Assembly (NCBI GenBank): GCA_001600815.1
Contig: BCKZ01000013.1
Location: forward strand, 348,478 to 393,040
Direction of reading: 5' to 3'
DNA from: Alloascoidea hylecoeti
Taxonomy: Eukaryota
Length of the DNA: 44,563 nt
The translations under genes and the position numbers were made by a program. Below, one piece after another: positions 32,906 through 44,563 of this stretch (its first letter is position 1; the number at the start of each line of letters is the position of its first letter). The notes beneath the pieces were generated by a model, which was not told where the DNA came from, did not search any database, and saw only the letters and a list, made by a program, of their open reading frames with translations.

Positions 32906-34381
32906 ATGGCACATAAAAGAAACCGAGAAAACCAAACCCCGAAGCTTAAGGAAGAAGCAATACCAAAAGAAGAAATTGACTGGAGCAATTATAAATGTTC
33001 ATTATGTTTAAATTCTAATGAAATAAATTCAAAATATACTCTTGATTGGATTCAATGTGATATTTGTGATGAATGGTATCATAATCTTTGTGTAGAAATA
33101 TCAAAATCACAAGCTAATAATTATATATCATATCATTGTTTTAAATGTCGGATTGAACATGGGCCATCGGAATTGAAAAGAAAATCACGTAGGAAAAAAT
33201 TAAAAATTGATTATAATGCTTTAAATGAAGGAAATAAAAATATTACATGTGATAAACATCCATATTGGAAATATATTGAAGCTGATAGTTTCAATTATTA
33301 TACATCCAAGCAGGTTCAAACAGTAACTGGGAGTCAATTAACATCTTTTGTCAATGATATCAAGAAGATCGAAACACCATTGTATATTCCCTCTAAAGAT
33401 ACAGAAGGTATAGATATGGTGATGCCCGGAGACTTATCTGTAGCAAAAGTTGCAGAATTAATTGGACCAGATACAAGTGTAGAAGTTATGGACGTTCTTA
33501 CACAAAACAATTCACCAGGATGGGAGCTAGGGAAATGGAAAGAGTATTATAACTCTGACCCGATAGATAGAGATAGAGTGTTAAATGTCATCAGTTTAGA
33601 ATTTGGGAAAACTCCAATGGAAAAGTTAGTAACTCGACCGTATTTCGTACGACATTTGGATCTAGTTGATAAAGTATGGGGATCTTTAGAACAAAATTTA
33701 AACAATTTCAAACCACCTGAAAAACCTGCAACTTCATTATATTGTTTAATGTCAGTTTCAAATTCTTATACAGATTTTCATATTGATTTCGGTGGTTCAT
33801 CAGTTTATTATCATGTTATTTATGGACATAAAATATTTATATTTGCACCTCCAACAAAATCAAATTTATCACAATATGAAAAATGGTGTTTAAGAAGTGA
33901 TCAAAATACATGTTTTTTAGGTGATTTTTTAAAATTTTCATTTCGTGTTGATTTATATTCTGGTGATTCATTAATAATACCATCTGGTTATATTCATTCT
34001 GTTTATACAGTTGTTGATAGTTTAGTTATTGGTGGGAATTTTTTAACAACAATTGATTTATCAATGCAATTAAAAATTTCAGAAATTGAAATAAATACAA
34101 AAGTTCCAAAAAAATTTACATTTCCTTACTTTGATAAAGTATTATGGTTAACTGCTTTTAATTTTTTAAATTATTCAAATCAAGTATTAAATGTTGAATT
34201 AGAAGGAATTAAATCACTTTATAATTATTTAAAAAAACAAGTGAATATAATGAATCAAGATTCAATGAATAAAGAAAAGAAAAATGCAAAGGCTGGATTT
34301 CCTAATGATCTGATATCTAATTCGGATATTTTTTTAAATGATTTTAAACAATGGTTGATTGAGAAAGGAATTGATACTTAG
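32906..34381 (+). CDS. JHD1: PHD + JmjC histone H3K36 demethylase Jhd1
   Basis: PHD finger (CSLC..WIQCDICDEWYHNLC..YHCFKC) and JmjC domain (YTDFHIDFGGSSVYYH..K..IPSGYIHSVYT..SLVIGGNFL). Start placed at ATG 32906 (ACCATGG context). Confidence 0.92.
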   Translation: MAHKRNRENQTPKLKEEAIPKEEIDWSNYKCSLCLNSNEINSKYTLDWIQCDICDEWYHNLCVEISKSQANNYISYHCFKCRIEHGPSELKRKSRRKKLKIDYNALNEGNKNITCDKHPYWKYIEADSFNYYTSKQVQTVTGSQLTSFVNDIKKIETPLYIPSKDTEGIDMVMPGDLSVAKVAELIGPDTSVEVMDVLTQNNSPGWELGKWKEYYNSDPIDRDRVLNVISLEFGKTPMEKLVTRPYFVRHLDLVDKVWGSLEQNLNNFKPPEKPATSLYCLMSVSNSYTDFHIDFGGSSVYYHVIYGHKIFIFAPPTKSNLSQYEKWCLRSDQNTCFLGDFLKFSFRVDLYSGDSLIIPSGYIHSVYTVVDSLVIGGNFLTTIDLSMQLKISEIEINTKVPKKFTFPYFDKVLWLTAFNFLNYSNQVLNVELEGIKSLYNYLKKQVNIMNQDSMNKEKKNAKAGFPNDLISNSDIFLNDFKQWLIEKGIDT

Positions 34382-34794
34382 GTATTATACGGTTTCCTTT
34401 TAAGATTCATTTTTATGTATTTTTGATTAAATCAGGTATGATTTGTATTTTAGTTATGAAAACAATGTATAATACTAGTTAATAGGAATATTAACTATGA
34501 TGTGTATCGAAAGATGATTAAGAACTCGGTGTTAATGTCATACATCTCAAATAAAGATTTGCTTTAATCCACTTTCTAGTTCGAGATGATTAATACAATT
34601 CATCACTGTAGTATGAGATTATCTCATTACATATAGTACTACTAAAATTAATGTAAAGACTTGAGTTGATGTTACTACAATATATTAGGATAATATGGTT
34701 GAATAAATTTTAAATTAGATTGTACAAAGAAAAAATAGACCAATTTCATTAACAAATAACAAACACTAATCTATCATCCCAGATGTAAGTTTAC

Positions 34795-35157
34795 TTAATA
34801 AGCGGCCTTAGCAGCATCTGTTGGGTTGACTTTTTTTCCATCTCTATTGAATCTAACACGAGGAGGTGGTGTTCTAACTTTTCTTCCTTCTCTTGAACGA
34901 ACTCTAACAACTTTGCTGTGAATAGCACAAGAAATGCAATAATGAATCTTAACATATAATTTTGGAATGGCATATTCTGGATAAACAGAAGCTTCACTTA
35001 AATCACGGACAGCAGCGGCTTCAACCATATTTCTGATGTTGAAACGCTTGATGGCTTTATCTTTTGGAACCATACGGGCACAGTTGACACATCTGACACC
35101 GGTGGTGTGTCCTCTACCTTTCTTGTTACGTCCGTTGGAAGCTCTCTTTTTTGGCAT
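34795..35157 (-). CDS. RPS26: 40S ribosomal protein eS26
   Basis: [43 protein letters not shown]. Confidence 0.98.
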   Translation of the reverse strand: MPKKRASNGRNKKGRGHTTGVRCVNCARMVPKDKAIKRFNIRNMVEAAAVRDLSEASVYPEYAIPKLYVKIHYCISCAIHSKVVRVRSREGRKVRTPPPRVRFNRDGKKVNPTDAAKAAY

Positions 35158-35160
35158 TTT

Positions 35161-35538
35161 CTAAATTAAGAAGATAAAATGTTAGAGCTATTATAATTCA
35201 ATATTTTAAGATGGTGTTTAACGATATGGAAATTATGAGGAACAGTAAGATAAGTCAATCTTTCGGGTTAAATTTTGATTTAAGACACAGAAAAACAGTT
35301 TAACCAGAACATAAGTTGTATCATAGTTGAATTTACCAATTGATGCTACTTTTATAATGTATTTCCCAAGTTGTTTAAATCATTCATTCATTATTCAAAT
35401 TTTAGTACTTAATCTGTCATTTCAATCTTAACAATTATCGAAACCCACAAAAAATAATTTGAAATCAAATATTCAAATCACAGTTCCTCATAATAAATAA
35501 CCATAGGTTTATTCGTTTACTTCATTAATTGTACATAC
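35161..35538 (-). other. 5'-UTR intron of RPS26 (378 nt)
   Basis: On the minus strand: GTATGT donor at 35538, CTAAC branch at ~35181-35185, and TTAG acceptor ending at 35161, 3 nt before the ATG. S. cerevisiae RPS26 genes also have 5'-UTR introns. Confidence 0.8.
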
Positions 35539-35683
35539 GATTTTTTGCTTTGTTGAAGTTTAGTCGTCAAAGTTCAATATTCAGATCCAGTCAAACATGT
35601 TATGTGCTGAAATATACCACTGGTTGCTGTTTTAGCGTAGTATGTATCACTGGATACTGAAACGGGAAATATCGGTCAACATG

Positions 35684-35696
35684 AGGGTTTAGCCCT
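35684..35696. promoter_or_regulatory. Quasi-palindromic AGGGTTTAGCCCT upstream of RPS26 (Tbf1-type ribosomal-protein promoter element)
   Basis: Resembles the AGGGCTA/TAGCCCT palindromic Tbf1 element of Candida-type RP promoters. It lies ~150 bp upstream of the intron donor. Confidence 0.55.
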
Positions 35697-37232
35697 ATGC
35701 ATATTAACTGCATACTTAGGTAAGCGCAAACAACCAAACATCGCAGGGCCCCAAACAATATCGCATTTGAAGTTAAGAACACGCAAAATCAAAAAAAAAA
35801 GTGAAAATACAATATCAGGAAAGTCTGAGGGATAACAAACACAATAATCAACAACTTGACTTAATTTTAAGAAAGCCTCCCCAATATCTACAATTACGAC
35901 TCCCTGTTTTTAGTGCCAATGGTACTTTAATACTAGTAATGTAGATCTAAGATTTCACTTATATAGGCCAAAGGATTAATATTTATATATTAAATTTTCT
36001 ATTCAAAAATGTACTAACACAACTACTATAGTTTAGAATTAGAATTTTTCGATATAAACGGTATATCCCGTAAGTTTTGTTCGTTTTCACCCGGGTTTGT
36101 GTTGCAACATTATATTTGCAACATGTTCTTCGAGGAGTGTAGGTTCGCAAATCGTGATTATTTTAGAAGACTCCATATAGTTGTTAAATTTCATTAGATA
36201 CAGATTTATTAGTTTCTGAAAAAAAATTTCAAGAGTTAAAGAGTTTTGACTGCTTTATTAATTACTAAAGTTTGCAAATTATTGGGGCTTGAAGTGCCAA
36301 TTAAAATTGTATAGGTGGTTGAATTGTGTTGTAATTTAAAGACCAAAATAATTAGTATTGTGTAATGAGGACAAAATTAAGACTTATTTTAATCCCATTA
36401 TTATAGTAATTGATATAACTAAGCAGCGATAGCTATAATAAGTTCAATAGTAATAATTTCTAGCCATTTTTTTTTTTTTTTTTGGCTTTCATATGTAAAC
36501 AAAACGTGAGATTACAGAACTTTGTTTACTTTTTCTCTTACAATATTAACTTTGAACTTTTGTTGATTCGCATATGAACACAGTGATCTAGATCTTTATA
36601 TATATACAATTTGTATTACATCATCAATGAAGAACAATTCTCTGCATATAAGTTATATCAATATTATCAGAAACCCAAACATATAACAATTCTTAGATAA
36701 ATTAAATAAAATTAACTTGAAATATTTCAGATTAATCTATAACATTTGTCGGAAAAACAATCAAATAGGGTAATAGTATTTCAATTGAATATAAATTAGG
36801 CTTTAATTTTTGAATCTGGATTGGGTCTAAAACCAATAAAAGATTTAAATGATTATATAATGATTGAATTATTGGTCTAGATATAACCAAATAGTGTGTG
36901 AATATAATCAGTTGAAGAATGCATACAAATGCAAATGGTAGCTCATCGAGCGCACCATTGCCATGCATAACTATGCAAATATAGTAAATGAAAGTTAAAG
37001 GTCCCATTTTTTGATAACATTGACGAATAGAAATCTTTTGTGAAAATATATTGAGTGAAAATTACAATTAGAAAGTGTTATGAAATGCGTGTCAAAAAAA
37101 AAAAAAAAAAAACACTGTTTACATTATTATAAAGATCGATATATAAATACTTCATCGCGCTAGAATTATTGATACCTTAATTTTCCATTATTACCTTTTT
37201 GAATATTATATTTATCAGCTAAAACAATCAGA

Positions 37233-38036
37233 ATGGCAACCGCTCTTTCCAGAATAATCCTCGACAAATTTGTCATATTTGGAGATTCAATCACTGAATT
37301 TAGTTCCTTAGAACCACATGGAATTTTCACGCCACAATTAGTCAACTTATATGTTCGAAAATTAGATGTTGTTTGTCGTGGATTTGGAGGTTATAACACA
37401 GATATGATGAGATTATTACTTCCAGAAATAATTAAAGCAGAAAATAGTGGTTATGGTAAAATTAAATTAATGACAATTTTTTTAGGAACAAATGATGCAG
37501 GAGATGAATTTCATGATGTTCCAATTGAAAGATATGAAGAAAATTTAAAATTTGGCATTAAATTATGTATTGAAAATGGAATTAAATTAATTTTATTAAC
37601 TCCTTCAATACATGGTAAAAAACAATGGGGGAAATTTGAACAATCAGGTTCAAAAGATACAAAGAGATCAAATTCAATGAATAAAAAATATGGTGATATT
37701 ATTAAAAAATTAGGTTTAAAATTTAATATACCAGTCGTTGATTTATTTACATTATTTTGTGAAAATATTGATTATTCTTTAATTGATAAACCATATGAAG
37801 AAATTGATGATAATATACTAAATTCAGATTTACTTTTATCTGATGGAATTCATTTTACACCAAGAGGTTATAATATAATGTTAAAAGGTATTATTGATAA
37901 AATTGATTCATGTTATCCTGAATATTCACCTTCTAAAATGGAAAAGAAAACTAATCATTGGTATGATATTGATAAAAATAAATTAGAGGAAACATTATTT
38001 CGTCCAACCATGAGGACCAGTGCTCCAAGTTCTTAG
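37233..38036 (+). CDS. IAH1: SGNH/GDSL hydrolase, isoamyl-acetate-hydrolysing esterase Iah1-like
   Basis: SGNH blocks FGDSITE, RGFGGYNT, IFLGTNDA and LSDGIHF. Confidence 0.9.
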   Translation: MATALSRIILDKFVIFGDSITEFSSLEPHGIFTPQLVNLYVRKLDVVCRGFGGYNTDMMRLLLPEIIKAENSGYGKIKLMTIFLGTNDAGDEFHDVPIERYEENLKFGIKLCIENGIKLILLTPSIHGKKQWGKFEQSGSKDTKRSNSMNKKYGDIIKKLGLKFNIPVVDLFTLFCENIDYSLIDKPYEEIDDNILNSDLLLSDGIHFTPRGYNIMLKGIIDKIDSCYPEYSPSKMEKKTNHWYDIDKNKLEETLFRPTMRTSAPSS

Positions 38037-38265
38037 ATTTTTAGTTTTTAGTTTTTTGCTTTTAGTTTTTGGTTTCTATAGTTTTTTAGCTTATATTTCA
38101 TTTAATCATATTTATTCATATTTATTAGTATAATTGATACATGTAATTACATCCAATTTTCTAATAATTATTCGTTGGTTGCTTGTAACCTGTCAGCCGG
38201 GTAATTTCAAGGAAGTTGTGTGTTGGCAAACTTCACTTCAGATTCATTCGTCAACCATCACCAAA

Positions 38266-41200
38266 ATGAAGATGCTAACAAAGGTACGCCAATTATCCCA
38301 AATATTCCATTTATCAACTATTAACAACTTTCGTTTAGTTTGAATCCAAGTCTTCTCGTGCGAAGGGAATCGCCTTCCACCCCAAAAGGTTCGTTTTTTC
38401 AAATCTAATTCCTTAGAATACCTCCGCTAACTGTTTATTGTTCATTTTAAAAATAGACCTTGGATTTTAGTCTCTTTACACTCGTCAATTATCCAATTAT
38501 GGGACTACAGAATGGGAACTTTGATTGATCGTTTTGAAGATCATGATGGTCCAGTTCGTGGTGTTGATTTTCATCCAACTCAACCAATCTTTGTGTCCGG
38601 TGGTGATGATGCAACAATTCGTGTTTGGTCTCTAGTTACCAGAAAATGTCTCTTTGTATTAAATGGTCATCTAGATTATGTTAGAACTGTTTTTTTCCAT
38701 AACGAATTACCTTGGATTATTTCTGCATCTGATGATCAAACAATAAGAATTTGGAATTGGCAAAATAGACAAGAAATCGCCTGTCTTGCTGGTCATAATA
38801 ATTATGTTATGTGTGCTCAATTTCATCCAACTGAAGATTTAATTGTTTCTGCTTCATTAGATGCTTCTGTACGTGTTTGGGATATTTCTGGGTTACGTAA
38901 AAAACATTCAGCTCCATCTTCAACAATTCATTCATTTGAAGATCAAATGAATAGAGGTAATTCAATCCCTCAACAGGATATTTTTGGTAATACTGATGCA
39001 ATTGTTAAATATGTTTTGGAAGGTCATGATAGAGGTGTCAATTGGGCTGCTTTTCATCCAAGATTACCACTTGTTGTTAGTGGCGGTGATGATCGAGTTT
39101 TGAAAATTTGGAGAATGACTGAAACAAAGGCATGGGAAGTTGATACATGTAGAGGACATACAAATAATATTTCTTGTTGTTTATTTGATCCGCATCAAGA
39201 TTTAATCATATCAGTAGGCGAAGATAAAACAATTCGAACTTGGGATTTAAATAAAAGAACACCTGTTCAATTATTTAAAAGAGAATCTGATAGATTTTGG
39301 TTATTAGCTTCACATCCAAATATTAATTTATTTGGTTCTTGTCATGATTCTGGTGTAATGGTTTTTAAATTAAATAGAGAAAGACCTGCTTCATCAATTT
39401 TTCAAAATACTTTATTTTATGTTAATAAAGAAAAACAAGTTAAATTATACAATTTTAATAATGATGAAGATAGTTTACCAATTTTATCATTAAAAAAAAT
39501 TGGTTCAACTTGGAATCCAATTAGATCATTATCTTATAATCCTGCTGAAAGATCAATTTTAATTATTAATAATAATGAATATGGTAATGAATATAGTATT
39601 GCAACTTTACCACAAGAATCAAATGGTCCATTAGAACCATCTGATTTAAGTAAAGGTTCTGGTGATGCTGCTGTTTTCATTGCAAGAAATAGATTTGCTG
39701 TTTTTAATAAAACAAATCAAACAATTGATATTAAAGATTTATCAAATGCTGTTACTAAAACAATTAAATTAACTGATCAAATTAATGATATTGCTTATGC
39801 AGGTCCTGGTACTTTATTATTATTAGGTACTTCAACAGTTACATTATATGATGTTCAACAAAAAAAATCAATTGCTGAAACTGCTTTAAATGGTATTAAA
39901 TATACTGTTTGGTCATTTGATGGACAATATTTGGCTTTATTAGGTAAACATACAATTACAATTACAAATAAAAAATTACAAACAATATGTTCATTACATG
40001 AAACAATTAGAATTAAATCTGCTATATTTGATGATACAGGTGTATTATTATATTCAACATTAAATCATATTAAATATACTTTATTAAACGGTGATTCAGG
40101 AATTATTAAAACTTTAAAAGAAACTGTTTATTTAACAAAAGTTAAAAGTAATAAAGTTTATTGTTTAACAAGAGAAGGTACAATTGAATTAATTATAATT
40201 GATCCAACTGAATATAGATTTAAAAAAGCATTAATTAATAAAAATTTTATTGAAGTTTTAAGAATTATTAAAAATTCAAATCTTGTTGGTAAAAATATTA
40301 TTTCATATTTGGAAAAAAAAGGTTATCCAGAAATTGCTTTACAATTTGTTGAAGATCCATTAACAAGATTTGAATTGGCATTAGAATGTGGTAATTTGGA
40401 TGTTGCTTTAGAAGAAGCAACAAAATTAAATACTGATTTATCTTATGAAAAATTAGGTAAAGCTGCTTTAATTCAGGGTAATACAAGTATTGTTGAATTA
40501 GTTTATCAACATCGAAAACAATTTACCAAATTATCTTTCTTATATTTAATTAATGGTGAAGAAGAAAAATTAAAGAAAATGGAAAAAATTGCTGATTTTA
40601 GAGGTGATCTCTCTTCAATTATACAAAATAGTATTTATTTAAATAATCATGAAACACGTATTGATGCTTTAATAAAAGCTGGTCAACCAGCTTTAGCATA
40701 TTCATTGGCTAAAACAAATGGATTAGATGAAAGAGCTGCTAAAATTTTGGAAGATGAAGGAATTAATGAAGAAGATATTAATTTACCTACTTTAGGTGGA
40801 GCTTTTACTACACCTACCATTAAAATACCATCTCCTGTTATAAACTGGCCATTAAAACCATCAGCATTATCATTTTTCGAACAAGCTGTTTTAGGACAAG
40901 TTGATGATTTAACATTATCAGAAGCACCAAAAAAAGAAGAAAAAGAAATAGTTGAAGATACTACTGGATTCTTTGGTGATGAAATGGCCGATGCTGAAGA
41001 AGCAGAAATTGATGAATCCGGTTGGGACCTTGATGAAGATCTTGAAATTGAAAATGAAGGTGGTGAAGATCAAGAAGATGATGCTTTTGATGAAGCAACT
41101 GGAGCTGCTGGTGAAATAGGCCATTGGTTAAGAAATTCAAAAACTGCCGCTGGTCATGTTGCTGCTGGATCATTTGATACTGCTGCTCAACTGTTGAATA

Positions 41201-42018
41201 GGCAGTTAGGAATTGTTAATTTTGAACCATTAAGGAAAAGATTCTTGGAAGTATATGAAGCATCTAGGGTTTATCTACCTGCTACTGAAGGACTACCTCC
41301 TTTAAATGCTTATATTAGAGCTAATAGAGATACAAATGATGTTAATCAAATACTGCCGGTTATACCTGGTTATGAATCATTACCTAGATTGGTTCATGAA
41401 GGTTTAAAATTGTTTAGAAAGAATAATTTGGTTGAAGCCATTGAAGTTTTCAGACAATTAATTTATACAATTGCAGTTATTTCTGTTTCAACCCAAGAAG
41501 AAGTCGATGATTGTAAATCTAAATTACAATTAGCAAAAGAATATATTTTAGGTTTATCGATTGAACTTGAACGTCGTGGATTAGGACCAGATGATGTCAA
41601 AAGAAATCTTGAATTAGCTGCATATTTTACAAAAGTTAAATTACAACCAGAGCATAGACAACTCAGTTTACAAACAGCAATGCAACAATCATATAAACAA
41701 AAGAATTATGCATCGGCATCATATTTTGCAAATGAACTTTTAAAATCTGGTGCAAGTAAACAAAGACATGAACAAGCTCAAAAAATTAAACAAAAATCTG
41801 ATCGTACAGCAAGAGATACTATTGAAATTGATTTTGATCCTTATGGAGAATTTGATATTTGTGCTTCAACTCATACTCCAATTTATAAAGGTGATCAATT
41901 TGTTTCAGATGCTTTAACGGGTGCAAAATATTTACCAAGTGAAAAAGGTAAATTATGTAGTATTACAAAGATTACTGCCATTGGTGCACCAGCATCGGGT
42001 CTTAGAATTCTTGATTAA
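38266..42018 (+). CDS. COP1: Coatomer alpha subunit (alpha-COP); 3 exons: 38266-38283, 38339-38388, 38457-42018
   Basis: Splicing restores the conserved N-terminus MKMLTK|FESKSSRAKGIAFHPKR|PWILVSLHSSIIQLWDYRMGTLIDRFEDHDGPVRG. WD40 repeats, then the C-terminal IGAPASGLRI. Confidence 0.97.
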
Positions 42019-44193
42019 TTGTTTGCTTTTTTATATTACCCTGAAAACATTACATGTAGTTGTTTCTCTGTATTAATTTGTTTAATAAAATTTGAATATT
42101 AAATTAGATTTGATGTCTCTGATTTTATAACTAATTATGGTAACCCTTTATATGAAGATGATTATCAATGCTATTCTAAGGATTTTTGGTGATACATGTA
42201 TTTACATATTAATATTTTGGAAAGTGCTGAAGAATGGCGGACTGATTATATAGAGAATATAATATTTATAATTACGATAGCCATAATATCCAAACTAAAC
42301 AAATATACAGGTGAAATGATAGAACAGGAGGTATTATCAATTAACCACACGAAACTACGTATAACTGAGAATATGCGTAGACTATCACATATCTCATAAC
42401 ATAAAATCTAATTAATGTTAGTTTATTGTAAAAGTTAATTAGGAAAAATTCAATTTTTGTTCACTCTCATATAGCAAATACGAGAAAACGAGCTTGTCCG
42501 TTAACAATGTTAACAATTGATCTCCCCTCAATTGTGGTATATTTTGTGATGTGCTTTACTTTAGAACTTATTTCGAGACATCCTAGTATAAATGTTCCTT
42601 AATGTTTCTGCTTTGAATTAGTATCTTTTGACTACATTCTCTATTAAGAGGTTGTTTGTAATTAAAGGTTATTCAAATTTGATAATATCACTATGTTTGG
42701 TATTGAACACCCATTTTGTGAAGAAGGCTCATATTGATGATGATTTACTTATGAACACTGGATTTTATTCACAGCTTTTTATAGGAAAATGAATTAGTTA
42801 AAAGATTTGTTTGTTTAATAATCTTAAGTAAAAAAAATGTTCATTTGAATTCTAAAATATTTTATGGTGCTAGTCCCTATTGCCATACTTTTTTCTGATG
42901 GGTAAAAACGGGCGATATTCTACAATGCAACATATATCTACATTATATCACATATATTACGAATTGAAATCATGCAATTGTGGGGCATTTCCTTAGGTTT
43001 AATACGATTACTAATTATATATTTTTTTCATAGTAACAAAAGCTCTCTACCTGTTGATGATTGTTAACGTTATTATCAGAATTTCGCTAAGCGGGATTTC
43101 AACTACCAGGAATTCTACAAAGCAATCAAAACCAGATAAGTATATTGAATTTCGCCAATTAAGAAGCAGAAGGGTAATATTCCACGTACAACTGTGTGGT
43201 TTACGGTAAAGAATTAACCCTAGCAACTCTTCTAGATTAATATCTTCTCAAATAAGAATGCCTATAACACTTACTAAAAGCGTGGTAAATCAAATTCTGA
43301 GAGTTGTAAAAAATCTTTCTTAACGAGAAAAAGTAAAGGAAAGGAACAGAAAGATATGTGCTATAACTTCTAAATATTTATAACATAATTAAGCCTGTGT
43401 TTGTAAGTCGTACGGCAAGGGCTGGAATTTGAAAAGTAGTTTGGAAAGGAGGTCGTACTAAATTGTATAGAGTAGTGGTGGTGTAGTAACCTATAAGGGC
43501 GCTAACACTAATTACCTAATTATATAATTTGTAAACCGCTTAACTATGGTGTTCATGCTATCGTAGTTGCTCCACCAATCCAGTTTTGATGTTTCATTAA
43601 CAATTGGAAACTTATAATTAAGCCTGGATTAAAATACTGGTACCATTTGTAGGATTTGGTACCTATCAAATATTTTGAGTTACACATACATTTGTGTGGT
43701 CATTACATTATCCATGTGCCCTTGCCTGGTCGTATATATAAGGCAGCTAATCTGGAAGATTTACGTGAAAGACCTTCTCTGAAATCTGAATCGGTCAAAA
43801 TTAATTCACCAAACCAGAAGAATAAAAAATGATTATCATTAAGAGAAAACATAGTATTCTTAAGCTTACNATCAAGNTATTTTATCATGNTATCCTTATA
43901 TACATATATTTATGGTATTTTAGGGCGCGTGGGCCAATAATATCTTGANTGATAATAATTATAAGCTTAACTAAATAACTAAATAAAATGTAATTAGCAG
44001 TTTTTAAAAAATATTAAAGAGAATAAAAAAGTGCTGGCGATACAATAATAACAATAAAATTTCATTCCAAATGTGATTTTCGATCGATATGAAGAATATA
44101 TTTCAAAGATATAGANAAGAGCTTTCTCCAAAAGAGCTCTAAATGTTACAAAAAGAATTATAGCAAAAGAAGAAAACAAAATTAATGGGATCT

Positions 44194-44563
44194 CTATGTT
44201 CCCATCCAATTTAAGACACATCGATTGAATAAAGCGGGGGAAGAAATAATTTGAGGTGAAGAATTATTTTCAGGAGTATCCATTGTGAAAATAACATGAA
44301 TATTTTGAACAATTTGTTGGGTAAACCATCTGTATAGCTCTTCCTGAGATTCAAGTAAAAGACCTTGAGCTTGTGCCTCATCTTTACAAGCGTTTATCAA
44401 TGCTACATATTCATCTCCTTCGAATAAGCCAGGGATTTCTGCATTAGCAAGAAGGGTGGTATTCATTCTTTCAATAAAAGCTGTATCCATGATGTTTAAC
44501 TCATCAATTATAAAACAAATTCGTTCACCATGTATGCCAGATCGCTTTAAAATATCTCTCAAC
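44194..44563 (-). pseudogene. DYN1: Cytoplasmic dynein heavy-chain segment (AAA4 region) ending abruptly in a stop; runs in from the window edge
   Basis: [74 protein letters not shown] is a dynein AAA4 signature. It is followed by T-stop with no GT donor and no downstream dynein ORF. Identity is confident; pseudogene status versus misassembly is not. Confidence 0.75.

Noticed and set aside
32726..32988. Apparent 263-bp antisense overlap of the RSM18 and JHD1 ORFs
   Set aside because: Both extensions start at non-ATG codons. The likely ATGs (32775 and 32906) give no overlap.
38036..38090. Repeated TTTTTAG units right after the IAH1 stop
   Set aside because: Low-complexity T-rich 3'/terminator sequence, too short and irregular to call a telomeric or functional repeat.
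7240..41173. Antisense or alternative-frame ORFs inside ADH, MFS, ATG9, NOP14, PKP1, RPS26 and COP1
   Set aside because: They are shadow ORFs of real genes with no independent coding signal.

Overview
AT-rich nuclear DNA from an intron-rich ascomycete yeast, probably an early-branching Saccharomycotina lineage (inference). CUG appears to encode Leu. I can support 13 intact genes: an NCS1 permease, an iron-containing ADH, an MFS transporter, ATG9, NOP14, RPN5, LDB17, PKP1, RSM18, JHD1, RPS26, IAH1 and COP1. Six of them carry 16 introns that the ORF track misses and that I spliced by hand. The long 'intergenic' gaps are not empty. They hold a decayed UBA1 (ubiquitin E1) copy, a decayed F-box/WD40 gene, a truncated dynein heavy-chain segment and a 51-bp 18S rRNA fragment. 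Two structures stand out. The first is a 150-bp element with perfect 49-bp TIRs, TGTTG...CAACA ends and a 5-bp TSD; removing it restores the host reading frame. The second is a ~290-bp inverted repeat around a 408-bp core whose N pattern is mirror-symmetric, as if both orientations of the core had been superimposed. No tRNA, CRISPR array or intact transposase was found. Protein identities come from motif recognition and recalled homologs, not database searches.
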